NCBI GenBank assembly: GCA_947175335.1
Contig: CAMWMF010000002.1
Coordinates: 47,969 to 111,968, forward strand
Source: an uncultured Clostridia bacterium
GTDB taxonomy: Bacteria; Bacillota; Clostridia; Christensenellales; Pumilibacteraceae
Reading direction: 5' to 3'
Length of the DNA stretch: 64,000 bases
Shown: positions 1 through 10,904 of the stretch, piece after piece
Layout of the letters: each line of letters begins with the position of its first letter
How positions within the stretch are numbered: the first letter of the stretch is position 1
Notes under the pieces: generated by a model
Told to the model about the DNA's origin: nothing
The model's database searches: none
The model's input: the letters and a program-made list of their open reading frames with translations, nothing else
Made by a program: the position numbers and the translations under genes

Positions 1-3000
1 ATTATGACTATGAGCAGGATTATGAGCAGCAATGCACCGCCGACGATAACCCAGAACCACAGCCAGTTCGCTTCCACCCAAGACATTGCGTTATCCCACC
101 AGGACAGCTCGGGAGCGTCCGTGCACTCGACTGTAATGTCGTAGGAGTAGCTTCTGCCCGAAAGGTCTACAAGGTTGACGGTAATTACCGATTCGCCGCG
201 ACGGAGGAATTTAAGCAGGATATACGGCTGACCGCCTTCCTCGGCGCTTTCGAACGACCTATGTGCCTCTACCTTGACGGACTGCGAGGACGTGACCGGC
301 GATATAAACGTCATAACATCTTCGGGGTCTGTATCCTCAAACCAGTCGGTCGGCTTAATCTTGATAGTAAGGTTGCCGGCTTCCTTGGTGTCGAGCATGC
401 TGACCGTGTAGCGGTACGAATCCTTACCGTTTTTAAGCTGAGGCTTGTTGTTGGCAACGACGCTGATGGGAAGCGTGCGCTCGCGCGTCAAGTCGCCCGT
501 GCTGAACGTTACCTTAACGTTTGTGGTAACGTTTTCCATAGAAGCATAGATGCGCCAGTTGCCGGAAGGATCGTCCTCCGGTCTAACGATTTTAAGGTAA
601 TTGTTGTTGCCTACCTCTTGGATATCGGAAATTTCATAGCCCCTGGCGTTTTCTTCGCCCAACAGGTCTTGCGCAAGGATAGTGCGCGTTACGCCGAATA
701 CCATGGGCTTGGCAGGAAGCTCCTCTGCCACGTCGTCAAGCGGGTTGGCAATCGTTATGGTCAACGTCAATCTGAGATCCATACCGTCCAGGATATTGGC
801 CGTCAAGCCATCTTCATAGCCCTTATCCCAAATGATGAGCGTAACCTGCTGAACGCCGTAGATACCCTTTAACGGCTGGATACGGAATTTTTGGTGTGCA
901 TTGTCGTCGTCTACCCAGCTGACCATACATGCCGTGTCGGTAGTATACGACATTTCCACCTCGCCCGTTTCCTCGTTGGTCGTTTCACCCATCAAATTGG
1001 GTCCGTACATATTGGGACGGTTAACTGCCAGTTCGGACAAACGGTCGTAAACGACGATATCGTCTATATAGGTGTATGTGGGAGTGCGGTTTGCATTGTT
1101 GGCTGCCGCAGGATCGTAGTTGTCGCCGTTGGCGTCGGCAATGAAGTCGAGAATGCTGTATTCGACATACGCCGCCGCTACATCCTCCTCAGTGGCAGTG
1201 GGGCCGATACCCATGACGACAAGATTGGTCTTGGCGCCCTGTTTAACGGTAGGCCTGATATTGCCGACGGTAAGGCGGATAGTGAGCACGCTCGTTTCCG
1301 AACCGATGTAAGAATCGCGGAACTTGATGTCGCACACAGCAATCGCGCCACGGGTGTACGAAACGCAAGTAAACGTTAAGTACGACAGCGTGGATACCTT
1401 GTACCTGTTGGTAGCCGACTGGTACGACACCCTGAACGCGCCTTCGTCGCCCGCACGTACCGTACCGACGGTATTGCCGTCCACGCTCATAAGGCTTCTG
1501 TCGCTACTGCCGGTAAAGAGCATTACGTAAGCGTCCATCTCTATATCGGCGTCATCGATGATATCGGAGATATACACGTTGAGCGGGGCGTCGGTTGCGG
1601 CAAGCGTAACGTTCATTACGTAGCCCGCTTCCTCGTCGAGCGACAAGGTGTAGCCGAGCATATCTGGATCAAGGCTCTTGAACGATTTGTTGCAATCGCT
1701 GCACAGCGCGGAACGCTCGTTAACCTGACGTACATTGTCGCTCTTGCCGCAGTACGGGCATCTGCTTACCTTGCCGGTTTGTGCGATTTCGGGACGGTCG
1801 TTGCAAACGTTGACTATAATCTTGGTAACGGTTACCCTATCCCTGTCGTTGATGGTTACGCCGGCAACGTTGTTTACGGCGTCAACGGCAAAGATGGATA
1901 CTTCTATCTGAGTGGGTCTGTTGACAAGTCCGTTTGCAGGAGGTTGACCGGTGGTTACGTTGCGCTGGATTGTGATAGTAAGCTCTTGCTTATCACCCAT
2001 ACCGACGCAGCTTACGCTGAGTACCGGATCGCTGGTAAGATTGCCTGTTTCGTTAGGCACCGAATACGAATAACCGACGTATTTGATTATTTCTTTGCTG
2101 TCGGTGTCGCCCGCCATATTGAGCATATCGTAGTCGTAGTAAAGACCGTGATTAAAGTTTTCCAAGTCGTAAAGCTTCCAGGTAAGCGAATCACCCTTGG
2201 AGCCCGTAAAGCTGAGGAACTCGGAATCGCGGAGATCGGTGGTGTTTTTGACCAACGGATAACCCATATTGAGCGACGAGTTTTCGGTAGCGGTAAGCTT
2301 GGAGTTGGCAACCGATACGTCAATTTGCGAACCCTTGGCCGGCATGAAGTTATTGTTGTCGTAAAGCTTTTTGACGATAACGTACAGCGGGATGGAAGAA
2401 ATGGTCGTTCCCGAACGGATGGTTATCGCATTAGGCGTAAACAGCAACGACTTGCCGTCTGCGGACGCGGTAACGTCGAAGAACTTTTGCGCGTAATCCG
2501 CTTCGGGATCGCCGTTGGGATTGGTTCTCTCCTCCGAACCGTTACGGCTATACAACAGGATATTGTTGCCGTTGGGGTTGTACGCAACGGTGTTCATAAC
2601 GCCCGTTTCGGCGTTTTGTTTAAGCAATACGTAAACTTCTACGCTGTATCTTGCCGACGGCGCGGAAACATCGCGGTCCTTAAACAGCTTGGCGCCTTCA
2701 TTTTCGATTATGACAACCTCTTGCGCCTCACCCTTGTTGACTTCCGCGTCGATGTACTGCGCGTAACTCATGACGTTAACCTTCAACGAGTTGTTGGCAG
2801 GAATGACGGTAGTGACCTCGGCGGGCAATATCTTAACCCTAATGTTGACGGTGTCGGACACTGCACCATGCGCGTCTTTTACGCGGAAGCTGACCATAGC
2901 GCGAGGATTGGACGACTTGTTGATAAAGTCGATAGCGGTGATGGTGACTTGATTATTTTGGTTTTTGTCCTGCGTTACCGCCGCAGTGACAACAGCGTTT

Positions 3001-6000
3001 TCGCCGGGGTTCTCGATGCTGAATCTGCTTCCACCCATATCGGCATATACGTCAAGCGCGTTTACGTCGCCTTCGTCGACATCGCTCATAAGCTGGCTGA
3101 GGTAAATGGACTTAGAATCGCCGTATGCCAGCTCGATAGCGTAATCGCCGTTGCTTTCGCGCGTGACGCCAGAAGGCAAGCCGGTTGTCTTGGCCGTAGG
3201 CGCGGACGAAATTACGTTGACGCGCACGGCAACTACAACGGTAATGCCCTTGCCGTCTTCGAGCGTGATGTTGATTTGTGTATTGACAACGCCGTAAGCC
3301 GATACAGCCAAACGCAAGTACGCTTGCTTGCGTCCGTTTCCGTAGTCCTCGGTCAATGCCGACAACTGTCTCGTAACTACTACGCGTCCGTTGACGTCGT
3401 TGGGAACGTCCACACTTGCAATGCGGAGCGTTGTGGGCGCGTCGTCCGAACCGAGTATAAGGGAATCGCCGTTGTAAGCGTCGCTGCCGTATCTGGACGA
3501 GAAGAACTTAAAGGTATTGCTCATCTCCGTAGCGCTAAGCTGAGTAAGCGTCGTTTCGGACGAGTACGGGAACTTATATCTTGTACCCACCTCGGTGTAC
3601 GACGTAAAGCCGCCTTGCGCGTCTTTGGCAAACTCTTTGGAATCGGATGCGTACAGATAGAACGTTTCGTTTGTCTTCATCGAAACATCTATCACGTTGC
3701 TTGCACCGAATGTAGCCGTGTTGGGAGTGGGCGCGTCGTTGCTGTATGCGCAGTCGAATACGACTTGTACCGCCGAACCGTTGGAATCTTTAAACGTAAA
3801 GCCCAGCTGACGCGTCTCCTTGAACGCACAATTTGCCTTGAATATGATTGTAGTGTGCGGCAATGCGTTGTAATTGATATTTTCGCCGTAATTGGCGCCG
3901 CCTACGTATATATCGAAGGGCAGTGTTGCATCGGTGGCCGGGTACAATGCCTTGGTAATGTCCGTATATTCCACTGTCTTGCCGTCTGCTTTAACGGGCA
4001 TAATCAAATAGTCTTTGATGTACGTTTGCTCGACGTCGGAGCTTAGCAAATTAGTCCACACCGTGTCGGACGCAGTAGCATAGTTGGTGCCCGAAAGGAT
4101 GATGTCGTCGTCCTTCAACAGCGACGTCATATCAATGTAGTACGTAGAACTGGTGGACAAATTGACCGTGTACTTAGGTATGGCCTTGTTTCTAAACGCT
4201 TCCGGCAAATTGACATTGCTGTTACGGTTGAAGTCCGTAGCGTCCATAGCTGACCTATTTACCTTGACCGTATCGTTTTCAATGTACACCCTTATGACAG
4301 CCGCGAATATAAAGCCGTCGGTAAACGCCGAGCCCTTGTATTCGTCGTAGAACAACACACGGAACGGATAGTATACCTTGCCGGCATTATCGACCTTCAA
4401 GTTATACTTATTGTAGTACGCAGTCTTTTCTGCATCCGTCATAGTTTCGGGGAAGTTGGGCTGCGTCTTTGCTTTGGGTATAAACTGCAAGGACTCGGAC
4501 GAGCCGGACGAAGGCGATACGTCAAAGAACCTGCTGTAATTGGGGTTGGGATCGAATGTATACGGATTGACGTTGCCCTCACCCGCAGCTTCCGTCACCT
4601 TGTCGGCAGTTGCTACGCCGTAGAACTTAGCGGTAGCATTGGTCGTTTTAAAGTAATCGACCTCCGCTCTGGTAAGCCCTTCTTTCATAGCGGACGGCAA
4701 ATAGAACCGCATCGTATCCCCGTCGTCGGGATCTGTGTAGAATATTACGCCCTTATTGCCATTGTTAGTTTCCGTGACGTTTTGATTGGTAAGAGTCATT
4801 GTGGAAACATAGCTGTTGGTGTTATCCGTGGCGCTACCCGTATTGCCTATGGTCATAACAACGCGAGGCTCGATGTAGTTGCTGTCCTTGGAAGCCGAAT
4901 CCGACTTGTCTTCGTGGAAGTTGTAATACTTGACGGTCGGGCTGTAATCGAGCAATTTGATTTCCACGTCGACCGATTCGACAGCGCTTTCGGAACTGCC
5001 GGTGGTAGCACCGCTTATTACCGTTTTAAGCGAAAGGGTGAGCTTTAACAAGCCGGTGGCGCGTTTGCCGCCCGTCTTTTTGGAAATCTCAAAGCCGTAT
5101 TTATCCTCTCGGTAATTAAAATTGTCAAACGGCGCAGGACTAATGCCGGTACCCGAGCTCGAAAGCTTGAATCTGACATTATTTACATACTCGGCAGCAA
5201 AAGCGACCGGAGCAGTCTGGGTACTGGCTACGTATTTGATAGTGAGATACGGGTTGTTATCGACGGGATAGCTGTTTACGCCGTCGGACAACGTCATATT
5301 CTTATAGATAAGGGCAAGCTTACTATTGTCATTTGCCCAAGAAGCATAGTCTCTGTCTATAAGCTCATTACCGCCGGTAAGAGTATTACCCGCATTTGCA
5401 AAGGTAACGTGCGCGCCGTCCTCGGTATTCTCACCTACACCCTTAGGCAGAGCGATAAAGCTCATAGGCACCTTTACGGCGGAAAGTCCTTCCGTAACAG
5501 TTATGGGCGCATATCCTCTTATATTAAATGTGTTATTTGTTTTATCCGAATATCTCTTGGAGGTAATATAAGTGCTTGTAGTGCCGTTTTCAACCTTCTC
5601 GTAAGTACGCTCGAAGTACTTGTACTTAAAGTCGTCTTTGAATTTGACAACACCCAAAATAGCTTGCTTGCGTTCGGCGGTAGTCGCGGGAGCATTATAC
5701 TCGGCAATTAAATCTGCTTCGCTCTCGTCAAATACGTCGGAGGTTATTATGCTTTGGTCTATCAAGTATGTGCCCGGTTGACCTTCGATTTCCACCTTGG
5801 ATTCGGCGTTACCGTCAGTGCGGTAATAGGTGTGCATAGCAAGTATGCCGGGCTTTCTGTAATCGTAATAGAAGTTGAGCAACTTGCGCTCGGACGTATG
5901 AGCAGTAGTGGACAGATTAGCTTTGTCGGGCGCGGTGTACAGCATCTTGCCGTGATGGCTGTCCTTTACCGACAATGCAAACTGAATTTCGCGACGTGCG

Positions 6001-9000
6001 CCGTCTGCATGTCTATCCTCTATCTCGATTGCCCAATATTCGCAAGTCTCGATATTGGCGTTTGCCTCTACCTCTTTAAAGATGCCGTTTTCCTTTTGGA
6101 AGAACCTTACGGTAACCGTAACGTATGCGTTGGCAGCCGCATCGTTAAAGTACATAGGAGTATACAGCACTGCCGCATTCTTATACGCGTCCTGCGTAAA
6201 ATCGTCGGCAGTAATATCCCTGACGGATGTCTCATTGCCGTTGTTGTCGAATGTTCTGTTTTCAAATTTAGCTACCAAGCTCGCACGGTCGGTAAACTGT
6301 GCGGGGTTGAGTATTACGCGCTGCTGAGCGTCGTAATCGTCAAACAAGTACACCTTGTTGGTTTCGGGTATGGATATAGGCGTGCCGGTGCCCGTTTGAA
6401 GACTGCCCTCATACAGCTCCTTGCTGTTGAACAGGTAACGCTTTTGCGCTATTTCCGAGCTTACCTCGTAGCCGATGAGCCACGTGTATCTTTCCGGCGA
6501 TTGCGGAGTTGCATCCGATTTAAGCAAGCCGTCACCTACAAAAATAGGCGTGGAGTTGACTACGTTTATAAGCAGGTGCAGAGTAGCCTCTTTCGGCTGA
6601 GCTCTGTACCCGTCGCGCATAAGGAACTCTGCGTAAATAGGCAGATTAAACAACTCCGTAGACGACAAGCCTGTCAGCCTAAGAACGTCGGCGCCGCCTG
6701 TGCCCTTGGTAACGGTAACACCAACGTAATCGGACAGATTAATGCTAGGAGTTTTGCCGTTGGGATTTTCGGGGTCGTAGCCATGATATGCGCCGTTCTC
6801 ATAGTACATCTGCGCGTAGTAGTTATCGCCGTCTTTGGCAACAATACGCACACTGCCTGCATCGAACGTAGGAGTATCGCCGTCCTTATCGTAGGAAATT
6901 TGAGCGGCGGTAAAGTCTTTTACGTTGGGAGTAATCGACGTTGCGCCCGCGTCGGGGTACGCCGAAAGGTTGTAATAGTCGTTCAATTCGGGATTAAGCA
7001 CAGGCGCGGAGTTAAGTACCGTTACTGTGAACATGCAGTTGACAGTTTCCACACCGTCGGTTACGGTAAAGTGCAGCTGCACTATCGCCGAGGTTGTACG
7101 CGACACGCCCTTTATCTTAATGCTCGGAATAGTATAGGAAGTGGTTGTTCCGTTGGCGTTCTTTACAACGCTGTAATCATCGACGCTTACGTTGATGTAA
7201 TTGCCGTACTGTGCGTCGTACGCCGATATCGCAGTACGGTTGGCAAAGTCGAGCTTTTGCGCCTGCACGTTGGTCTTGCTCTTTTGCGAAGCGCTTGTCG
7301 CGGGAGCGGCAGTATGCGCAATGCTGTAATTCTTTAATATATGGTTGTTAACAACATTGCCGAAGCCTGCGTCGCTAGGGTTGGAGTTGAAAGAATTGCC
7401 TGTGTTGATCTTGTCGGAATCGGGATCGATATCGAAGTCGTACGCATAGTCGTACGGAGTGATCTGCACTTCGTCATTAACCTCGATAGTGTAGTTGACT
7501 ACCTTTTCGCCACCGAGACCGGAGTTTGCCGCGTACTCGCCGTACGGCGTTTTGCCCAACGCCTTATTTGCGGAGATTGTATTTATCTTTTGAGTTCCGC
7601 CGTCGGGATCGAGACGGGGCGACAAAGCGCGGTTATCTACCTTTACGCAAATGCTGATAGGCACCACGGTTGCGGAGTGAGTATCCTTTACGTTTACTCT
7701 AAACTGGTAATACTCCCCGTTTGTCGAACGCAAAGCGGTGACCTTTAAGCCGTCGAACGAACAAACGCTGTCGTTTACCTTGGTAATGCCGTACGTGGAA
7801 AGCGCACTGTCGGGTATCATCTTGAACACCGACCGCGCGGCGTACAGCGTTGTTATTTCAACCTTAAAGAACGAACCCGTTTCGTTGGCGCCGTTGTCCA
7901 ATATCGCACTGTTGCCACCTGAGATAAACACAAAATCGTTTAGCGCACGCGCGCGCTCATATTCGTTATTATTGGCAGCGGCGTACATAAATCCGTCTCT
8001 GTCAAGCGCAAACGGTATGGCATGATTGTTATTGTCTACAACCTGAGTAGTTTGGCCTATACCCTGCAATGCGCCGGACGCATTTACGTAGCTGATAGGC
8101 GTAAAGAACGCGGAGTTTCCGGTGCCCTTTGTGCCCACATCGGTAGCCGTACCCGGGGTTACGCCGCTGAATCCGAGCGTAACGTTGGCAAACGTCGCCG
8201 GTTCGGTAGGAGCTTGCGAGGTGACCGTTATAGCAATGGGGAACCAAATGCCGTTATCTGCGGTATCGGAAGGATCGACTACGCGCACAAGCACGTAGAA
8301 GTCGCCTTTTCTGGTTGCTCTGTCTGTACCGGCCGCATTTCTATATTGGTTTTGAGTGGCGGCGCGGCCTGTAAACTCTATGGTTTGGCTGTCGACGTAA
8401 CGGTATGTAACGTTTGCCGTTGCCGCACCGTTGCTGCCGTTTGCAGCTATTGACGTTTTATTAAAGCGCGTGGCAACAGTACCCTCGCCCGTAAGGTAGG
8501 TATTGGCAACGGTCGTATTGTTTGCCACAATATAGTTACTGTTTACATTGGTTGCAAGCGGTACAACTATATTGGACGTATCGACCTGAATGTATTCGTT
8601 GGTCGGTACTTTAAGGTCGTTGGCACCCTGTGCAAAGGTTGCACGAAGGTTGGCGCCGTCGTCCATATCGTAGATAAAGTTTTTAAGGTTAAGCCTTGCC
8701 GTAGTTCCGGGTGCGACTGTCACAAGCGGCTCGGCAAGCTTGGTAGCGAGCGCGGCGGTCGAACCGAGGTACGGACGGGTATTGGAAATTTGGAATACTA
8801 AGTATACCGTGTTTACCGTATTGCCCACCTGCGCCTTGGACGCAGCCTCGCTGGACTGCGCGGTAAGCTGCAATACAACAAACGGCGAGCCGACAGGACG
8901 AGTACCGGTAGGCTTAATGGTAATCGAAGGGTACAAACCTGTGGCGTACGCGCTGTTAGAGTTTAGCGTAGCTGTGTAGTACGGCGACGCGTTTACGTAT

Positions 9001-10658
9001 GCGGGCGCACCACTTGCGTATGACGAAACAACGGCATAGCTCTTGAACGCAACGTTATCGAACGCAGTATCCGCGTCGGCAAAGAATTCGGTAGCGTTTA
9101 ACGTAATGCCTGCTGTATCGGTCGGAGAAATAGGCTTGGGAATATATATGGTTGTTTTGCCTGAGCCGGCGGGGTTGAATATCTTTCCGTCGGAATAGCT
9201 TTCCACAAAGTTGTTTGCTGTTTTGTGTTGAGCCGTATAATAATTGGACGAACCGAATTTATACTTGCCGTTAACGTTGCTTGCGCCCTTGACCGTAAGG
9301 TTTTGGTTGGTTACGGTAAGAGTGAATGACGCAACGCCCACGCCGCGCGACGTGTTGCTGCCGAAGTTGTCGCGTACCTTGGTGTACAGCGTAAACTTGC
9401 CGTCCGCCTGGCCGTCCACACCAGCACGAGGCAGCTTTTTGATAGCTGTTATATTTAACGTCGTTCTGCTCGTCGCCGAACCGCCGGACCAAGTGTATGT
9501 CAGGTACGAACTGGCGTTCGTCGTGCAAGCCGAGTTGAGGTACAAACCGTTATTGTCCGAGGGCGAAGTATCTTGGTTGGAGGAATTGCCCAAGGTGAAG
9601 TATACGTTGTTGATGTTGCCGCCGCTTATATTGGCGTAGTCGTTATCCTTTGCAAGCGTGGAAGCGGCAATGGAAACGCCTGCACCGCTGCTGCAGCGCA
9701 GCTTTGCAGTGGGATAGTTGTAGCCTTGATTTACAGGGGCTTGGTTGATGCTGACCGCAGTTACCCTTACCCTGCCGTTGCCGGACGCGCCCGAATTACC
9801 CAGGCTGTTGGATTGAGAGGTAAATCCACCGCCTACGTAGTTGGAACCGCTGTATCCGTTTTTAGCGTCGTCCGAGTGAAGGTTGTTGCCGCCGTAATAA
9901 CCGCCGCCGCCGCCACCTTCGTCGTTGGGGTAGCTGGAGCTGTGACGAGACGTACAACCGGTACGACCTGCATAGATGGCATACTGTTGGTGAGATTGCG
10001 TATAGCTGGTGCTGTTACCGCCGCCGCCGCCCGCCGCAACAAGTACGCGAGTATTATAGCTGGACGCAGTAGCAGCAGAACCTGCCGCCGTTCTTATATC
10101 GGTAGCGCCGCCGCCGCCCGAGCCTGCAGAACCTATGCCGTAGCCGCCGCCGTTGTAGCCGCCGGGTCTGTTATAGTGACCGCCGTCGATACTTCCCGTA
10201 CCGCCTGCGCCTGTGCCGCCGCAGTATATGTAATAAGTCCTTGCCGCGGTAAGGTTGATCTCGGCTTTAACGTATCCACCCAAGCCGCCGTTGGCCGAGC
10301 CCGTATTGGCGTTGCCGTTGCCTGTCCAACCGCCGCGCGCGCCCCAAAGCTCGAAACGCCACTTACCTTGCGGGAAAGTAACAGTATAATAACTACCGTT
10401 ATACGTATAATCAATATAGTTACCGTTGGTGAACGTACCGTTATTGATATACGTCTGTATACTTGTGCCGGTAATATTTGTGTAGTTTTGCGAAGTAGTT
10501 GCCTCCGCCGACTGCACACTGTCCACACTCACCGTTTTGGACGAGTCCAAAGTGAGCGCACAAGTGACGGCTACCGCAAGCGCGGTTATAACCGTCGCAA
10601 GCAGCAACAGTACGCGCCGCCCTATCTTGATTCTGCTTTCACTCGTATGATTGTTCAT
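1..10658 (-). CDS. Giant (>=3,552 aa) membrane-anchored surface protein/adhesin, truncated at left window edge
   Basis: ATG at 10658 (MNNHTSESRIKIGRRVLLLLATVITALAVAVTCAL...) follows the RBS AGAGAGG. The frame reads sensibly wherever I translated it. The track lists no ORF from this ATG, so no in-frame stop occurs before position 1. The long plus-strand ORFs at 261, 891, 1779, 4782, 5409, 5754, 7341, 8022 and 9573 all share one codon register, as expected for antisense shadows. It has recurring NxxP and DxDGD-like motifs and a C-terminal W-rich TM (WLWFWVIVGGALLLIILLIVII). Confidence 0.9.
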   Translation of the reverse strand, partial: MNNHTSESRIKIGRRVLLLLATVITALAVAVTCALTLDSSKTVSVDSVQSAEATTSQNYTNITGTSIQTYINNGTFTNGNYIDYTYNGSYYTVTFPQGKWRFELWGARGGWTGNGNANTGSANGGLGGYVKAEINLTAARTYYIYCGGTGAGGTGSIDGGHYNRPGGYNGGGYGIGSAGSGGGGATDIRTAAGSAATASSYNTRVLVAAGGGGGNSTSYTQSHQQYAIYAGRTGCTSRHSSSYPNDEGGGGGGYYGGNNLHSDDAKNGYSGSNYVGGGFTSQSNSLGNSGASGNGRVRVTAVSINQAPVNQGYNYPTAKLRCSSGAGVSIAASTLAKDNDYANISGGNINNVYFTLGNSSNQDTSPSDNNGLYLNSACTTNASSYLTYTWSGGSATSRTTLNITAIKKLPRAGVDGQADGKFTLYTKVRDNFGSNTSRGVGVASFTLTVTNQNLTVKGASNVNGKYKFGSSNYYTAQHKTANNFVESYSDGKIFNPAGSGKTTIYIPKPISPTDTAGITLNATEFFADADTAFDNVAFKSYAVVSSYASGAPAYVNASPYYTATLNSNSAYATGLYPSITIKPTGTRPVGSPFVVLQLTAQSSEAASKAQVGNTVNTVYLVFQISNTRPYLGSTAALATKLAEPLVTVAPGTTARLNLKNFIYDMDDGANLRATFAQGANDLKVPTNEYIQVDTSNIVVPLATNVNSNYIVANNTTVANTYLTGEGTVATRFNKTSIAANGSNGAATANVTYRYVDSQTIEFTGRAATQNQYRNAAGTDRATRKGDFYVLVRVVDPSDTADNGIWFPIAITVTSQAPTEPATFANVTLGFSGVTPGTATDVGTKGTGNSAFFTPISYVNASGALQGIGQTTQVVDNNNHAIPFALDRDGFMYAAANNNEYERARALNDFVFISGGNSAILDNGANETGSFFKVEITTLYAARSVFKMIPDSALSTYGITKVNDSVCSFDGLKVTALRSTNGEYYQFRVNVKDTHSATVVPISICVKVDNRALSPRLDPDGGTQKINTISANKALGKTPYGEYAANSGLGGEKVVNYTIEVNDEVQITPYDYAYDFDIDPDSDKINTGNSFNSNPSDAGFGNVVNNHILKNYSIAHTAAPATSASQKSKTNVQAQKLDFANRTAISAYDAQYGNYINVSVDDYSVVKNANGTTTSYTIPSIKIKGVSRTTSAIVQLHFTVTDGVETVNCMFTVTVLNSAPVLNPELNDYYNLSAYPDAGATSITPNVKDFTAAQISYDKDGDTPTFDAGSVRIVAKDGDNYYAQMYYENGAYHGYDPENPNGKTPSINLSDYVGVTVTKGTGGADVLRLTGLSSTELFNLPIYAEFLMRDGYRAQPKEATLHLLINVVNSTPIFVGDGLLKSDATPQSPERYTWLIGYEVSSEIAQKRYLFNSKELYEGSLQTGTGTPISIPETNKVYLFDDYDAQQRVILNPAQFTDRASLVAKFENRTFDNNGNETSVRDITADDFTQDAYKNAAVLYTPMYFNDAAANAYVTVTVRFFQKENGIFKEVEANANIETCEYWAIEIEDRHADGARREIQFALSVKDSHHGKMLYTAPDKANLSTTAHTSERKLLNFYYDYRKPGILAMHTYYRTDGNAESKVEIEGQPGTYLIDQSIITSDVFDESEADLIAEYNAPATTAERKQAILGVVKFKDDFKYKYFERTYEKVENGTTSTYITSKRYSDKTNNTFNIRGYAPITVTEGLSAVKVPMSFIALPKGVGENTEDGAHVTFANAGNTLTGGNELIDRDYASWANDNSKLALIYKNMTLSDGVNSYPVDNNPYLTIKYVASTQTAPVAFAAEYVNNVRFKLSSSGTGISPAPFDNFNYREDKYGFEISKKTGGKRATGLLKLTLSLKTVISGATTGSSESAVESVDVEIKLLDYSPTVKYYNFHEDKSDSASKDSNYIEPRVVMTIGNTGSATDNTNSYVSTMTLTNQNVTETNNGNKGVIFYTDPDDGDTMRFYLPSAMKEGLTRAEVDYFKTTNATAKFYGVATADKVTEAAGEGNVNPYTFDPNPNYSRFFDVSPSSGSSESLQFIPKAKTQPNFPETMTDAEKTAYYNKYNLKVDNAGKVYYPFRVLFYDEYKGSAFTDGFIFAAVIRVYIENDTVKVNRSAMDATDFNRNSNVNLPEAFRNKAIPKYTVNLSTSSTYYIDMTSLLKDDDIILSGTNYATASDTVWTNLLSSDVEQTYIKDYLIMPVKADGKTVEYTDITKALYPATDATLPFDIYVGGANYGENINYNALPHTTIIFKANCAFKETRQLGFTFKDSNGSAVQVVFDCAYSNDAPTPNTATFGASNVIDVSMKTNETFYLYASDSKEFAKDAQGGFTSYTEVGTRYKFPYSSETTLTQLSATEMSNTFKFFSSRYGSDAYNGDSLILGSDDAPTTLRIASVDVPNDVNGRVVVTRQLSALTEDYGNGRKQAYLRLAVSAYGVVNTQINITLEDGKGITVVVAVRVNVISSAPTAKTTGLPSGVTRESNGDYAIELAYGDSKSIYLSQLMSDVDEGDVNALDVYADMGGSRFSIENPGENAVVTAAVTQDKNQNNQVTITAIDFINKSSNPRAMVSFRVKDAHGAVSDTVNIRVKILPAEVTTVIPANNSLKVNVMSYAQYIDAEVNKGEAQEVVIIENEGAKLFKDRDVSAPSARYSVEVYVLLKQNAETGVMNTVAYNPNGNNILLYSRNGSEERTNPNGDPEADYAQKFFDVTASADGKSLLFTPNAITIRSGTTISSIPLYVIVKKLYDNNNFMPAKGSQIDVSVANSKLTATENSSLNMGYPLVKNTTDLRDSEFLSFTGSKGDSLTWKLYDLENFNHGLYYDYDMLNMAGDTDSKEIIKYVGYSYSVPNETGNLTSDPVLSVSCVGMGDKQELTITIQRNVTTGQPPANGLVNRPTQIEVSIFAVDAVNNVAGVTINDRDRVTVTKIIVNVCNDRPEIAQTGKVSRCPYCGKSDNVRQVNERSALCSDCNKSFKSLDPDMLGYTLSLDEEAGYVMNVTLAATDAPLNVYISDIIDDADIEMDAYVMLFTGSSDRSLMSVDGNTVGTVRAGDEGAFRVSYQSATNRYKVSTLSYLTFTCVSYTRGAIAVCDIKFRDSYIGSETSVLTIRLTVGNIRPTVKQGAKTNLVVMGIGPTATEEDVAAAYVEYSILDFIADANGDNYDPAAANNANRTPTYTYIDDIVVYDRLSELAVNRPNMYGPNLMGETTNEETGEVEMSYTTDTACMVSWVDDDNAHQKFRIQPLKGIYGVQQVTLIIWDKGYEDGLTANILDGMDLRLTLTITIANPLDDVAEELPAKPMVFGVTRTILAQDLLGEENARGYEISDIQEVGNNNYLKIVRPEDDPSGNWRIYASMENVTTNVKVTFSTGDLTRERTLPISVVANNKPQLKNGKDSYRYTVSMLDTKEAGNLTIKIKPTDWFEDTDPEDVMTFISPVTSSQSVKVEAHRSFESAEEGGQPYILLKFLRRGESVITVNLVDLSGRSYSYDITVECTDAPELSWWDNAMSWVEANWLWFWVIVGGALLLIILLIVI

Positions 10659-10735
10659 ACTTCTACCTCTCTGGTATTGACGTTGGGGTTGAATTTGTTA
10701 ACAATTTGTTCACAATTTTATATATATACAGCTAA

Positions 10736-10764
10736 ATGTTAACATATTGTTCATAATTTGTCAA
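10736..10764 (-). promoter_or_regulatory. sigma70-type promoter of giant gene (TTGACA-17-TAACAT)
   Basis: Read directly, about 80 nt upstream of the ATG. Confidence 0.6.
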
Positions 10765-10858
10765 TACTTTTTATGATTTTTGCCGACAAATATTATAATT
10801 TTGATACAATATTTTTTATTATCGGGCAATGTTGGTATAATAATATGGCTCAACTTGC

Positions 10859-10887
10859 TTGACTTAGCGCAAAAACTATTGTATAAT
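10859..10887 (+). promoter_or_regulatory. sigma70 promoter for tRNA-Leu (TTGACT-17-TATAAT)
   Basis: Near-consensus boxes ending 17 nt before the tRNA start. Confidence 0.8.
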
Positions 10888-10904
10888 CGCAGTGTAATAT
10901 GACT

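Noticed and set aside
261-10742. Long plus-strand ORFs (1779-4046, 5754-7337, 9573-10742 and others)
   Set aside because: All share the codon register of the giant minus-strand gene, have V/R/G-rich shadow composition and lack an RBS; antisense shadows.
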